A DNA stretch of 64,000 bases from Mobula hypostoma (Eukaryota). Location: NCBI RefSeq assembly GCF_963921235.1, contig NC_086097.1, forward strand, positions 117,120,001 through 117,184,000. Direction: 5' to 3'. Shown in pieces: positions 26,244 through 37,294 of the stretch. The position numbers were made by a program, and so were the translations under genes. Under the pieces are notes generated by a model, which worked only from the letters and a program-made list of their open reading frames with translations, was not told the origin of the DNA and searched no databases. Each line of letters opens with the position of its first letter. The first letter of the stretch is position 1.

Positions 26244-26545
26244 AAGATTAACTTTATTTCTCACAAGTACATCGAAGTGAACAGTGAAATGCTTTGGTTT
26301 TGCATCACACCTGTGGAGATTGCTTTGGGCAACCCACAAGTGTCGCCACGCTCCCAGTGCCAACGTAGCGTGCCCACAACTCACGTACCCTTACCCCACC
26401 TGTACGTTTTTGGAATGTGAGAGGAAACCACAGCACTCTCACAGTTATGCAGAGAATGTACAAATTCCTTACAGACAGTGGCGGGAATCGAACTCCAGTC
26501 TTACAGCTTGCCCTGTAAAACATTGTGTTATGTTACTGTGCTGCC
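26244..26545 (-). mobile_element. V-domain tRNA-SINE with a non-CR1 (Rex-like) tail
   Basis: Minus strand: GGCAGCACAGTA head, GAGTTCGATTCC B box, GGAATTTGTACATTCTC V core, tail ending AATAAAGTTAATCTT. Same tail at ~11265-11450. Confidence 0.7.
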
Positions 26546-26566
26546 ATACAGTAATTTATAATTACA

Positions 26567-26767
26567 AACACAAGGAAGTCTGCAGATGCTGGAAATCTAG
26601 AGCAACACACACAAAATGCTGGAGGAACTCAGCCCGTCAGGCAGCACCTATGGAAAAAAAATAGCCAGTTTCGGCTGAGACCCTTCTTCAGGACTGAAAA
26701 GGGGGAGGACGTCAGGATAGAAAGGAGGAGGGAGGAAAAGCAAGATGGCTAGAAGATGCTAGATGCC
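26567..26767 (-). mobile_element. Short Penelope terminal-repeat derivative
   Basis: TCTGCAGATGCTGGAAAT..CACAAAATGCTGGAGGAACTCAGC signature; decayed hammerhead (minus CTGAAGA..CCGAAAC); flanked by TAATTACA at 26559-26566 and 26768-26775. Confidence 0.7.
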
Positions 26768-27001
26768 TAATTACACATTAAATATCGTGTGTCTAGGAGA
26801 CTAAGGAGGTGAAGCTATACTTGAGTTGTGTTGAAAAACTGATGATGTAACAAATCAACAGCCTGTGTGATATCCAACACAATTTCCTTCCCGCTGAACC
26901 CGGAGGGACAGAAAACCGTACAGTCGTGAAGAAAGGCTCCCTTTGGTGTTGCTATTACCCACAATTCCCTCGATTCTCTTCCCCCATCTCTGGAAGTGCA
27001 C

Positions 27002-27184
27002 CTGCTGTCCACTTGTTTGTTTGATTCCTTGCTGAGGCAAAAGTCCAACAAACACACAGCAGGAAGCAACAACAAAGAAGGCCTGTGATCAGTAAATAGA
27101 CCACATTCATCGCAGCCACATTGTCACTTGGAATTCCAAGTGGATCTGCAAGTGCCTCATCGCCATATGTTTGCACATCTGTTC
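27002..27184 (-). CDS. Candidate transmembrane-encoding exon of an unidentified host gene
   Basis: Non-repeat DNA. Acceptor TTTACTTCACAG; 183-nt phase 1-1 exon (weak donor CAG/GTGCAC; otherwise the frame runs to a stop at 26955). Encodes (G)TDVQTYGDEALADPLGIPSDNVAAMNVVYLLITGLLCCCFLLCVCWTFASARNQTNKWTA. Confidence 0.35.
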
Positions 27185-28100
27185 CTGTGAAGTAAACACT
27201 GCAAACCACAAAGAAATGAGGTTACTGACAAAATTAATTCGTCCTTCAACTTACACATGAAGCACATTCTTAAGAATCTCAATGCAGACAAAAATCTTAA
27301 GCTAACGAGACAGAATTTCAGTACTTGGAAGTGAAAACAAGTTTTCAGTTAAATGGGAGAACTATATCTTTATAATTTAATCAAAAGTAAAATATATTAG
27401 GGGCATTTTAGATAGGCACATGGATGATAGGAAACTGGAGGGTTACTTAGGAGCAAAGGGTTAGCTTGATCTTAGAGTAGCTTGAAAGGTCAGCATAGCA
27501 CTGCAGGCCGAAGGGCCTGGACTGTGTCTAGTAGTTCTATGGGTCTTTCAAGCCATGCTGCCCAGCAAACTGCCTAATCAACTGACAATTTACAATGATC
27601 AATTAAACTACTAGCTGGTATGTCTTTGGAATGAGGGAGAAAATCCACATGGTCACAGGGAAAACATATAAACTACTTACAGGCAGTGGCAGGAATTGGA
27701 CCTGGGTCACCTGTACTATAAAGCATTGTGCTAATCACTACACTACCATGCCATGTTCTAAAGAAGAAAATAAAAGCTTTCAATTTGAATTGCACTCTCC
27801 AGGCTCTGATCACAAGAAAGAAATTTGAAACCAATGAGAGAACATTGACTTTATTTTTGATGTTGGTTGATGTGTCAACATTGCCCAGGATAGCAAGGGT
27901 TAATGTTCCTCTCAAAAATAATGCAAAGGGCTGTTAAGCTGTGACCTACAAACATAAAATGTACACTTTAAAGATGTCCTTGTATAGTTTGTCCCTGTCT
28001 TTCTCTTGAATTTTACTGGTGTGTGAAACAAAATTTGTTGGTTCAAGTATTGGGCTTGGCAATTCAACCCCTATATTTCTGATTCAGTCAAGAACATATA

Positions 28101-28880
28101 TCAAAGGTTCAATTTAATGTCAGAGAAATGTATACAATATACATCTTGAAATGCTTTTCTTCGCAAAACATCCATGAAAGCAGAGAAGTGCCCCAAAGAA
28201 TGAACGACAGTTAAACGTGAGAATCACAAAGTCCCTCCCACGTGTAAGTGGCAGTGCGCAACAATCCCCCTCCTCCCAGCAAAAAATGCGCACCCTCTAC
28301 CGAACACAAGTGTGAGCTAGGCAAAGCAAAGACACAGACCTTGCAGTTACCCCAAAGACTATTGCAATTCATCCGGCATTTGATGAACCACAGGATCTCT
28401 CTCTCCCTAATAAGGGAGAGGGAGGTGTCCCCCATTTTCACAGCGAGCAGGAGACATGACAACAACCCGCTGGTTTACGATGTTAAAAAGTCCATTTCAT
28501 TACTTTTTACGAGTTCTGTGCCTGAAGATCGCAAATATCTCCGGTCTTCGGGCCCACAGTGAAAGATTTTCCGGCCTCCCCAATGACACACGAGTCTCCT
28601 GCCTTGACAATGACCCTCGATCCGCCCATCTCCAGAGGCCCGAGATCGTAGGCTTCTGAACACAGTCGAGATTCTCAGGCCAAACCCTTGGCATATTGAA
28701 TAGCGGCTTGTCGTAGAACCCCGAGAACCGGTCCCATTCCTGCAAAGAACCAAAGTCAGCGTGTAACTCCAAGTCAGGGTCTTCAAAAGAATCCTGAAAG
28801 GGAAAAATGAAGGTATTAAAGATAGAAATAGAGCTGCTTACAAAGACGCAAGCAAAAGAGTCGCCATTTAGCGCCATCAT
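28101..28880 (-). mobile_element. LINE-tail-type interspersed repeat (left arm of a local inverted duplication)
   Basis: Same family occurs at 44130-44355; mirrored by 29150-29341 plus 30236-30400. Confidence 0.65.
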
Positions 28881-28919
28881 CACTTCGCCTCCATCTCCAC
28901 ATAGTCTATCGCATAGATA

Positions 28920-29150
28920 TGTGTGTGTGTGTGTGTGTGTGTGTGTCTGTGTGTTTGTGTCTGTGTGTGTTTGTGTCTGTCTGTATGTGTGTGTGACTGT
29001 GCGTGTGTGTGTGTGTGTCTGAGTGTGTGTGAGAGTGGGTGCGAGAGTGTGTGTCTGTGCATGTGTGAGTGTGTGTGTGTGTGTGTCTGTGTGTGTGAGT
29101 GTCTGTCTGTGTGTCAGTGTGTCTGTCTGTGTGTCAGTGTGTCTGTCTGT
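28920..29150. repeat. Compound (TG)n/(TGTC)n microsatellite
   Basis: Directly visible. Confidence 0.97.
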
Positions 29151-29341
29151 GAGCCCGCAGACCTGAGATATTTGTGATCTTCAGGCACAGAGCTCGTAAA
29201 AAGCAACGAAACAGACTTTTTAACTTCGTAAACCAGTGGGTTGTTGTTATGTCTCCCGCTCGCTGTGAAAATGGGGAACACCTCCTTCTCCCTTATTAGG
29301 GAGAGAGAGATCCTGTGGTTTATCAAATGTTGGATGAATTG

Positions 29342-29639
29342 TGTTATGTACCCCGTAACTGGGTTGCCAAACCAGCAGAAATGGACCACTTAGTTGGAGT
29401 CTGGATTACTGGAACTAAGAAAGTTTTATTAAAGAAATAAGTAACACAGTACTCTAAACGTAAGGATATAAATGCAACGCGTTAGCAATGATAAAACACA
29501 CATGTACACAGAACTAGGATAATAGGATCAATCAAGCTCTATCGCAGTCTAGGGGTAAAATGATCCGTCTCAAGTGACACAGAGTTTAGTTCAGTTTAGT
29601 TCAGTTCGCAGTAATCGCTGTTGTGCCGTTGGAGGGAGG

Positions 29640-29695
<56 letters not shown>

Positions 29696-30235
29696 ATGAT
29701 GATATTCAAATCGGATTCAACAGACCTTTGATATTCCTCGCAGTTAGCTTTCGGGCGAGCCCTTTGTAATGTCTTCTGAGGTCACCGACTGTGACCCCTC
29801 CATTCCGGATACGATCGTTCTTCTGCGGTGAAGCCGGCACCCAGGCAAGTGCGGACACACACACCAGGTTCCCGCCAATCATACTTTTTCACCCTGTGCG
29901 TCTATGGTCGGTCCCGCAACCCGACCTCCAAAACTCCCACCAACTTGTCGGGGGGGGGGCACCGCCCTTCTAGGGTCTTGTTACCTCGTCATGTCGTGGT
30001 GTCCCCTGCCTTAGTGAACCTGCTCCTTTTATCCCCCTGCTGGGGTATCGCCCGTCCATCAAAGTTCAAACAGTTCAGGTTCAAAGCAACCGCTCTAAAC
30101 AATACTCGGAACTGTGTCTTTTTTCGTTATCTCTCTCGTCTCTCTCTTATTAGCATTTTGAATGTTTCCCCCATTTGTCTCTCTCTTATCTCTCTTATCG
30201 GCATCAATCTTCTGATAATTTGGTCTGTTGTCACA
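29342..30235 (-). mobile_element. Solo LTR related to 24602-25458, containing (GA)n at ~29642-29688
   Basis: TG...CA termini; perfect 4-bp TSD ATTG; first ~300 bp are the reverse complement of the 3' part of the 24.6-kb LTR. Confidence 0.88.
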
Positions 30236-30459
30236 ATTGCTATAGTCTTTGGGGTAACTGCAAGGTCTGCGTCTTTGCTATTGCCTAGCTCACACTTGTG
30301 TTCGGTAGTGGGTGCGCATTTTTTGCTGGAGGGAGGGGGATTGTTGCTCACTGCCACTTACACGTGGGAGGGGGGAGCTGGGGGGGGACTTGAACCTTTG
30401 ATATATGTTCTTGATGACAATGATGCGTATCAAGGGTGGCATTCACACTGTCTGTCTAT

Positions 30460-30743
30460 CCTGCTACATTACACACCCTTTGTATCCGCCTCTCAATCTG
30501 CTCCTCGGTATCTCTGTTGTTACCGGGGGCCTATAGAATACTCCCAACAGAGTAACTGCTCTCTTACTGTTTCTGACTTCCACCCATACTGACTCAAAAG
30601 AGGATCCTGCTACATTACACACCCTATCTGTAGCTGTAATAGTATCCCTGACCAGTAATGCCACCCCTCCTTACCTTTCTCCCCCCTCTCTATCCCTTTA
30701 AAAGCACTGAAATCCAGGAATATTGAGAATCCATTCCTGCCCC
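30460..30743 (-). mobile_element. Rearranged CR1 endonuclease fragments
   Basis: ALLVRDTITAT..FESVWVEVRN..LLGVFYRPP, homologous to 33060-33310; internal repeat TGCTACATTACACACCCT. Confidence 0.75.
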
Positions 30744-30780
30744 GTGCACAATTACGTATAAATTTAATAAAAGCATGCAC

Positions 30781-31054
30781 GCGGGAGATGGCTTTAACTG
30801 GTGAATTCACATTGCAGTGAGAGAGAGAAAGAGAACATTGCGCATTTGTAAACAACAGCACTTGCACAGACAATAGATCAATACTGAGTGCCAAGAGGGG
30901 CCATCGAAGAATGGCAAGTATGATGAAGATAATGAGTGAGATCCACTGGAATATTATCGGTGATTGGTTCACATGTACTGAGATAAAGTGAGAAACTCGC
31001 TGTTGCATATCAGCCATGCAGATCGTCCCAGGACATCAGCACAGTGAGGTTGTG
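30781..31054 (+). pseudogene. Possible decayed antigen-receptor (TCR/Ig) V segment
   Basis: Frame 1 gives GDGFNW*IHIAVRERKRTLRICKQ (Cys 30847). TAC-TG(A)G-TGC-CAA resembles YWYQ at 30882; GAT-TGG-TTC-ACA resembles DRFT at 30962; then DKVRNSLLHISH..SAQ*GC (Cys 31051, 68 codons after the first). Stops and frameshifts throughout. Confidence 0.4.
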
Positions 31055-31082
31055 CACAGTGAAAGTGCTAATCATAAAAACA
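31055..31082 (+). other. Recombination-signal-like motif (12-bp spacer)
   Basis: CACAGTG + AAAGTGCTAATC (12 bp) + ATAAAAACA (7/9 match to ACAAAAACC), one base after the second Cys codon. Confidence 0.45.
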
Positions 31083-31249
31083 AATTCATTCTAATCAGGG
31101 GCATATTGCAAAGTGTGCTGTGCTGCTTGATTTGCCACTCCCGCCTCACATTTCCCACATTCATGTTTTCCAGCACATCTCCCACGTCTTTGTTTTCCTC
31201 TGCAGCAATTGTAACACCCTGGGAAAGGTTTCACTGCTAATGTAATGGT

Positions 31250-31548
31250 TTTTCCCTCCTGAACCATGTTAGCAAGCCTACCTGCAAGGATATTGCTCCC
31301 CCTCGAGTTCAGGTGCAACCCATCCAATCTGGACAGGTCCCACCTTCCCCAGAAGAGATCCCAATGATCCAAAAATCTAAAATCCTGCCCCATGCACCAA
31401 CTCCTCAGCCATGCATTCAACTGCCATCTCCTCCAATTCTTACCATCACTGTCATGTAGCACTGGCAGCAATCCTAGAATGCCACCCTTGAGGTCCTGTT
31501 CTTCAGCCTTCTGCCTAGTTCCTGAAACTCACACTTCAGGACCACATC
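31250..31548 (-). mobile_element. Second copy of the CR1 ORF1 esterase C-terminus
   Basis: LNAWLRSWC..FRFLDHWDLFWGRWDL..DGLHLN; close paralog of ~33572-33866. Confidence 0.85.
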
Positions 31549-31562
31549 CCAGGACAGATCCT

Positions 31563-34500
31563 TTAGGGACACCAATCTGAATGTACTCCCTTCACCACCA
31601 CCCTCTGCCTTCTGCAGGCAAGCCAATTCTGAATCCACCTGGCCAAACTTCCCTGGATCCCATGCCTTCTAACTTTCTGAATAAGCCTACCATGTGGAAC
31701 CTTGTCAAATGCCTTACTAAAATCCATATACATCACATCCACTGCACTACCCTCATCTATATGCCTGGTCACCTCCTCAAAGAACTCTATCAGGCTTGTT
31801 AGACACGATCTGCCCTTTACAAAGCCATGCTGACTGTCCCTGATCAGACCATGATTCTCTAAATGCCTATAGATCCTATCTCTAAGAATCTTTTCCAACA
31901 GCTTTCCCACTGCAGATGTAAGGCTCACTGGTCTATAATTACCCGGACTATCCCTACTACCTTTTTTGAACAAGGGGACAACATTCGCCTCCCTCCAATT
32001 CTTTGGTACCATTCCCGTGGACAACGAGGACATAAAGATCCTAGCCAGAGGCTCAGCAATCTCTTCTCTTGCCTCGTGGAGCAGCCCGGGGAGTATTCCA
32101 TCAGGCTCCGGGGACTTATCTGTCCTAATGTATTTTAACAACTCCAAGACCTCCTCTCCCTTAATATCAACATGCTCCAGAACATCAACCTCACTCATAT
32201 TGTCCTCACCATCATCAAGTTCCCTCTCATTGGTGAATACCGGAGAAGTATTCATTGAGGACTTCGCTCACTTCCATAGCCTCCAGACACATCTTCCCAC
32301 CTTTGTCTCTAATCAGTCCTATCTTCACTCCTGTCATCCTTTTTCTCTTCACATAATTGAAGAATGTCTTGGGGTTTTCCTTTACCCTACTCGCCAAGGC
32401 CTTCTCATGCCCCTTCTTGCTCTTCTCAGCCCCTCCTTAAGCTCCTTTCTTGCTTCCCTATATTCCTCAATAGACCCATCTGATCCTTGCTTCCTAAACC
32501 TCATGTATGCTGCCTTCTGCCACCTGACTAGATTTTCCACCTCACTTGTCACCCTTGGTTCCTTCACCCTACCATTCTTTATCTTCCTCACCACGACAAA
32601 TTTATCCCTAACATCCTGCAAGAGATCTCTAAACATCAACCACATGTCCATAGTATGCTTCCCTGCAAAAACATCGTCCCAATTCACACCCGCAAGTTCT
32701 AGCCTTATAGCCTCATAATTTGCCCTTCCCCAATTTAAAACTTTCCTGTCCTCTCTGATTCTATCCTTTTCCATGATAATGCTAAAGGCCAGGGAGCGGT
32801 GGTCACTGTCCCCCAGGTGCTCACCCACTGAGAGATCTGTGACCTGACCTGGCTCATTACCTAGTACTACATCTGGTATGGCATTCCCCCTGATCGGCCT
32901 ATCCACATACTGTGACAGGAATCCATCCTGGACACACTTAACAAACTCTGCCCCATCTAAACCCTTGGAACTAATCAGGTGCCAATCAATATTAGGGAAG
33001 TTAAAGTCACCCATGATAACAACCCTGTTATTTTTGCACCTTTCCAAAATCTGCCTCCCAATCTGCTCCTCTGTATCTCTGCTGCGACCAGGGGGCCTAT
33101 AGAATACCCCCAGTGGAGTAACTGCTCCCTTCCTGTTCCTGACTTCCACCCATATTGACTCAAAAGAGGATCCTGCTACATTACCCACCCTTTCTGTAGC
33201 TGTAATAGTATCCCTGACCAGTAATGCCACCACTCCTCCCCTTTTTCCACCTTCTCTGTCCCTTTTAAAGCACTGAAATCCAGGAATACTGAGAATCCAT
33301 TCCTGCCCTGGTGCCAGCCAAGTCTCTGTAATGGCCACTACATCATAATACCATGTATGTATCCAAGCTCTCAGTTCATCATCTTTGCTCCTGATGCTTC
33401 TTGCATTGAGGTACACACATTTCAGCCCTCCTACCTTCCTGTCTTTACACCATTTATTCTGCTTCTCTTTCCTCAAAGCCTCTCTGTAAGTTAGATCTGG
33501 CTTTACTCCATGCACTTCTTTCACTGCTCTATCGATCTGGGTCCCATCCTCCTCACAAATTAGTTTAAACCCTCCCGAACCATGCTAGCAAACCTACCTG
33601 CAAAGATATTGCTCCCCTTCGAGTTCAGGTGCAACGCATCCAATCTGTACAGGTCCCACCTTCCTCAGAAGAGATGCCAATGATCTAAAAATCTAAAACC
33701 CTGCCCCCTGCACCAACTCCTCAGCCACGCATTCAACTGCCATCGCCTCCAATTCTTACCATCACTGTCACGTAGCACCGGCAGCAATCCTGAGAACGCC
33801 ACCCTTGAGGTCCTGTTCTTCAGCCTTCTGCCTAGTACCCGAAACTCACACTTCAGGACCTCATCCCTCTTCCTGCCTATGTCGTTGGTCCCAACATGTA
33901 TCATGACTTCTGGTTGCTTTCCCTCTCATACCAGGATGTCGTGCACCCGATTAGAGACATCCCGGACCCTGGCCCCTGGGAGGCAACAAACCATGCGGGT
34001 GTCCTTCTCACGTCCACAAAATCTTCTGTCTGCTCCCCTGACTATAGAGTCTCCAATGACGACAGCTCTCCTCTTCTCCGTCCCACCCTTCTGCACCACA
34101 GGGTCAGACTCAGTTCCGGAGGCCCTGCCACCGTGGCTCACACCTGGTCGGTCGTCCCCACCAACAGTATCCAGGACGGTAAGCTTAGTATTCAGGGGAA
34201 TGGCTACAGGGGTGCTCTGCACTACCTGTCTGCTCACTTTCGCTTTCCCCCCTCTGACTGTCACCCAACGACTTGCTTCCGACAACCTAGGTGTGACTAC
34301 CTCCCTGTAGCTCTCATCTATGACTGCCTCATTCTCCCTTACGAGTCGAAGGTCATCCAGCTGCTGCTCCAGATTCCTTACACGGTCTTCCAAATCGCCC
34401 AGCCGTACGCACTTCTGGCAGATGTGACTCTGCGGGAGAGGGGAGTTCCCCCAAGACTGCCACATCTCACATGAGAGGCACATCACCGTCTCAGAAGACA

Positions 34501-34620
34501 TTGTAAAAACTAACGGCGAGCTAGCTTGTCCTCCGCCTCTTCTCGTCGAAGCCTCTCGAGTCAAAGCCTCAAAGCTCCACTCCTTCACTGACCCACTCAC
34601 GCACTGGCTGCTTTCCACAA
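31563..34620 (-). mobile_element. CR1 LINE 5' portion: ORF1 (Zn finger, coiled coil, SGNH esterase) and ORF2 (EN, partial RT); 3'-truncated and frameshifted
   Basis: ORF1: CLSCEM..HICQKC, VIGDSIVRG, HVGTND, DxLH. ORF2: YLNARSI, ITETWL, MGDFNF, SDH, NYRPVSLTS, MDFSKAFDKV; it breaks off before PQGSVLG. Confidence 0.92.
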
Positions 34621-34634
34621 TAGGCTTCTTTTTG

Positions 34635-35830
34635 GAGCTGCACCTGTACCTGAACTCTGGCAGAAAGCTCTGGACCAGGTGCTACCAGGCTGCCTGGGCA
34701 CTCAGTGTTACCTGGATGACATCATTGTTACTGGTAAGGATAATGGGGAACATCGCTAAAATCTCAAAACAGTGTTTAAAAAGATTAGAAGATTATGGGC
34801 TCAGAGCATGCTGCATCATGTTCTTTAAACCAAGCATCACTTACTATATCAAACCGTTGATGCACAAGTATTATACAAGTGTTCTGAGGAAATTCAGGCA
34901 GTGATGAATGTCCCAACGTCAAAGGACATGTCACAGTTGTCATCCTTTTTAGGAATTTTCAAACCCTTTGAACTCATTACTACAGATCAGGAAAGAATGG
35001 CAATGGACAAAGCAGTGTGAGGTGGCTTTCCAAAAGACAAAGGAAATGGTGACGTCAGACAGTACTCAGTGGAACTTGCCTGCAATGCCTCGCCTCATGG
35101 TATAGGTGTCATCATGTCGCATGTTACAAGGATGGAAGTGAGCACCCCATATCCTTTGCATCATGTTTCCCTTACCGTTGCAGAGAAAAATTATACACAG
35201 GTTGACAGAGAAGCCTTGATTCTGGTTTGGGTGTTTGGGTGAAAAAACATTTCAACCAATACTTGTACGGGAGAGAGTTTACCCTCATTACTCTTCATCA
35301 ACCACCAGTGTCAAGTTTCAATCGACAGAAGGGTGTTTCACTAATAGCATCAGCGTGAATACAGAGATGGGCTCTGTTTCTTGGAGGACACAATTACAAG
35401 ATTGAATTCAAGAGGACAACTAATCTTGGAAATGCTGATAGATTGTTCAGTTTAGCTTTGGAAAAGCAAATATCTGAAAAATTTACAAAAGAGGACATTC
35501 CTCTGGAAGTATTCTCCTTAATGAAAGTAGAAAGCCTCCATATTACGGCAGTGTACCTGGCTACTCAAAATGACTTGAAAGATCAGCAGAAACTCCAATT
35601 GCCCCATTTTTACCAGCGCTCCGAAGAACTTGCCCTTGACAGCGGTTGACTTATGTGGGAATTGAGAGATATTGTACAATCCAGTTTGAGAGTTGAAGTG
35701 CTGGAGGAGACACATGCTGAGCATCGAGGTGTGGTCAAATGAAAGCATTGGCTTGAATCGTCATCTAATGGGTTGTGATCGATCTGTAGATCGAGCAGTT
35801 TGCCCTGCACTGTTTGCGATTCCAACATGC
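34635..35830 (+). mobile_element. Degenerate Gypsy/Ty3 pol remnant (RT, RNase H, integrase start)
   Basis: LWQKALDQVLPGCLGTQCYLDDIIVTG (~34657-34737); LACNASPHGIG; AEKNYTQVDREAL; FTLIT; LEETHAEHRGVVK. Confidence 0.85.
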
Positions 35831-36149
35831 CCATAAGAAAGTTCCTAAAATCTGTCGGAACCATTTCCTGCAGTCACAGACTCGACTCCTACAACAATCA
35901 CAGAGCAGGCCCCTGAACCTGAGCTTGTTTCACAGCCACAGGTCTCACCCGCCAAGCAGGGTGACCTCCCCCAACCCACACAAACACCCCTCCCCCGATC
36001 AGGAAAGGTGCTATCCTACAACAATGAAAAATCCTTAGGCCTGAATGGGGCAATTAAAAGTTTTCTATGCTGTGGGTGTCTATATTGTATTTGTATTATA
36101 CACTATAGTATATACATCAGTCCCACAATAATCACCCTTTTGATTCCTG

Positions 36150-37050
36150 ACTTTGTATGTAGGCTTAGCAACATCTCGCTCCACAATCACTTCACTATCT
36201 GCTCTGGTTCCCACCCCCCTGCAAATTTAATTTAAATCTACACCCCTATTCAGCTCTAGCAAACTTTCCTGCTAGGATATCATTTCCCCTCCAATTCAGG
36301 TGCAAACCGTCCCTTTGGTACAGGTTCCACCTTCCCTGGAAAGGGGCCAAATGATCCAAAAATCAGAAGTCCTCCCTTCTACATCAATTCCTTATCCATA
36401 ATCTGTACGATCTTCCTATTTCTGGCCTCACCCGCACATGGCACGGGTAGCAAACCTGAGCTCACAACCCCGGAGGTCCTGTCCTATAACTGAGCACCTA
36501 ACTCCCTGATCTCACTTTGTGAGACCTCATCATCCAGCCCACCCATGTCATTGGTCCCAGCCTCTGGCTGCTCACACTCCCACTTAAGAATGTCGTATAT
36601 TCAAACACGGATGCCCATGACCCCGGCATCCACAAGGCAACAAACCATCTGAACCATCTGAGAGACTTGCTTTGTCTACAGAACCTCTGTCCTGTTCTTT
36701 ATCACAGTAGCTGATATTTTCTCCACCCCCACTCTTCCTTCCTGAGCCACAGAGCTAGACTCAGTACCAGATTCCTAACTTTCCTCTGTTAGGTCATTTC
36801 CCCCACAGTATCCAAAGTGGCACAGCTGTTGTTGAGAGGGATGGCCACAGGGATACTCTGCAGTGACTGCCTATCCCCGTCCCCCCCCCCCAACAGTCCC
36901 CCAGTTACCTGTGTCCTGCTACCTCCCTGTATGAACTGTCATCCCCTCAACCACCCCCAAAGATCCCGAGTTTGCCAATTTCAGCTCCAACTCCTGAACA
37001 CGGCCTGTTAGAAGCTGCAGCTGGATGCATTTCTTGTGGGTGTAATCACA
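36150..37050 (-). mobile_element. Older CR1 ORF1 (esterase) remnant
   Basis: Collinear but decayed similarity to 33430-34430. Confidence 0.65.
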
Positions 37051-37294
37051 AGAATTCTCCCTGGAGGTTAAGAGGAATTTGGACATGCGCATAGACTCTC
37101 CTACAGCTTCGGCTGTGCCAAAATTAACAATGGTGGCTTCTCCAATCTGACTGAAGTCCACCATCACTGGAAACATTTTCATGTTTCTAGTCTGCTCTCT
37201 CCCCAAGGATTTCATATTTTCCCTGAAGTGTGGCATGCAGAACTGTGTATAAAAGTTTCCAGAGCAGTGCAGGCAAAGTTCTGAAAAGCTCATC

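Noticed and set aside
26237..26791. A 23-spacer RSS (CACACGA..ACAAAAACA, minus strand) can be built by removing the SINE and Penelope inserts
   Set aside because: It depends on a chosen SINE boundary, the heptamer is poor, and no YxC V-end lies next to it.
28807..29177. Cys/Val- and His/Thr-rich ORFs
   Set aside because: Translations of the (TG)n microsatellite.
29828..30592. 254-aa ORF
   Set aside because: Runs across an LTR, a LINE tail and antisense CR1; a chance open frame.
31001..31082. Reading the RSS-like motif as preceding a minus-strand J segment (VLGRSAWLICN then A/GCGAGT)
   Set aside because: The spacing resembles FGxGTxLxV, but the key F/W, second G, T and V are missing and the donor is GC. 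The plus-strand V reading explains more landmarks.
31966..32718. 250-aa Ser-rich plus-strand ORF (and similar ones at 8989-9393 and 33879-34474)
   Set aside because: Antisense shadows of CR1 coding sequence.
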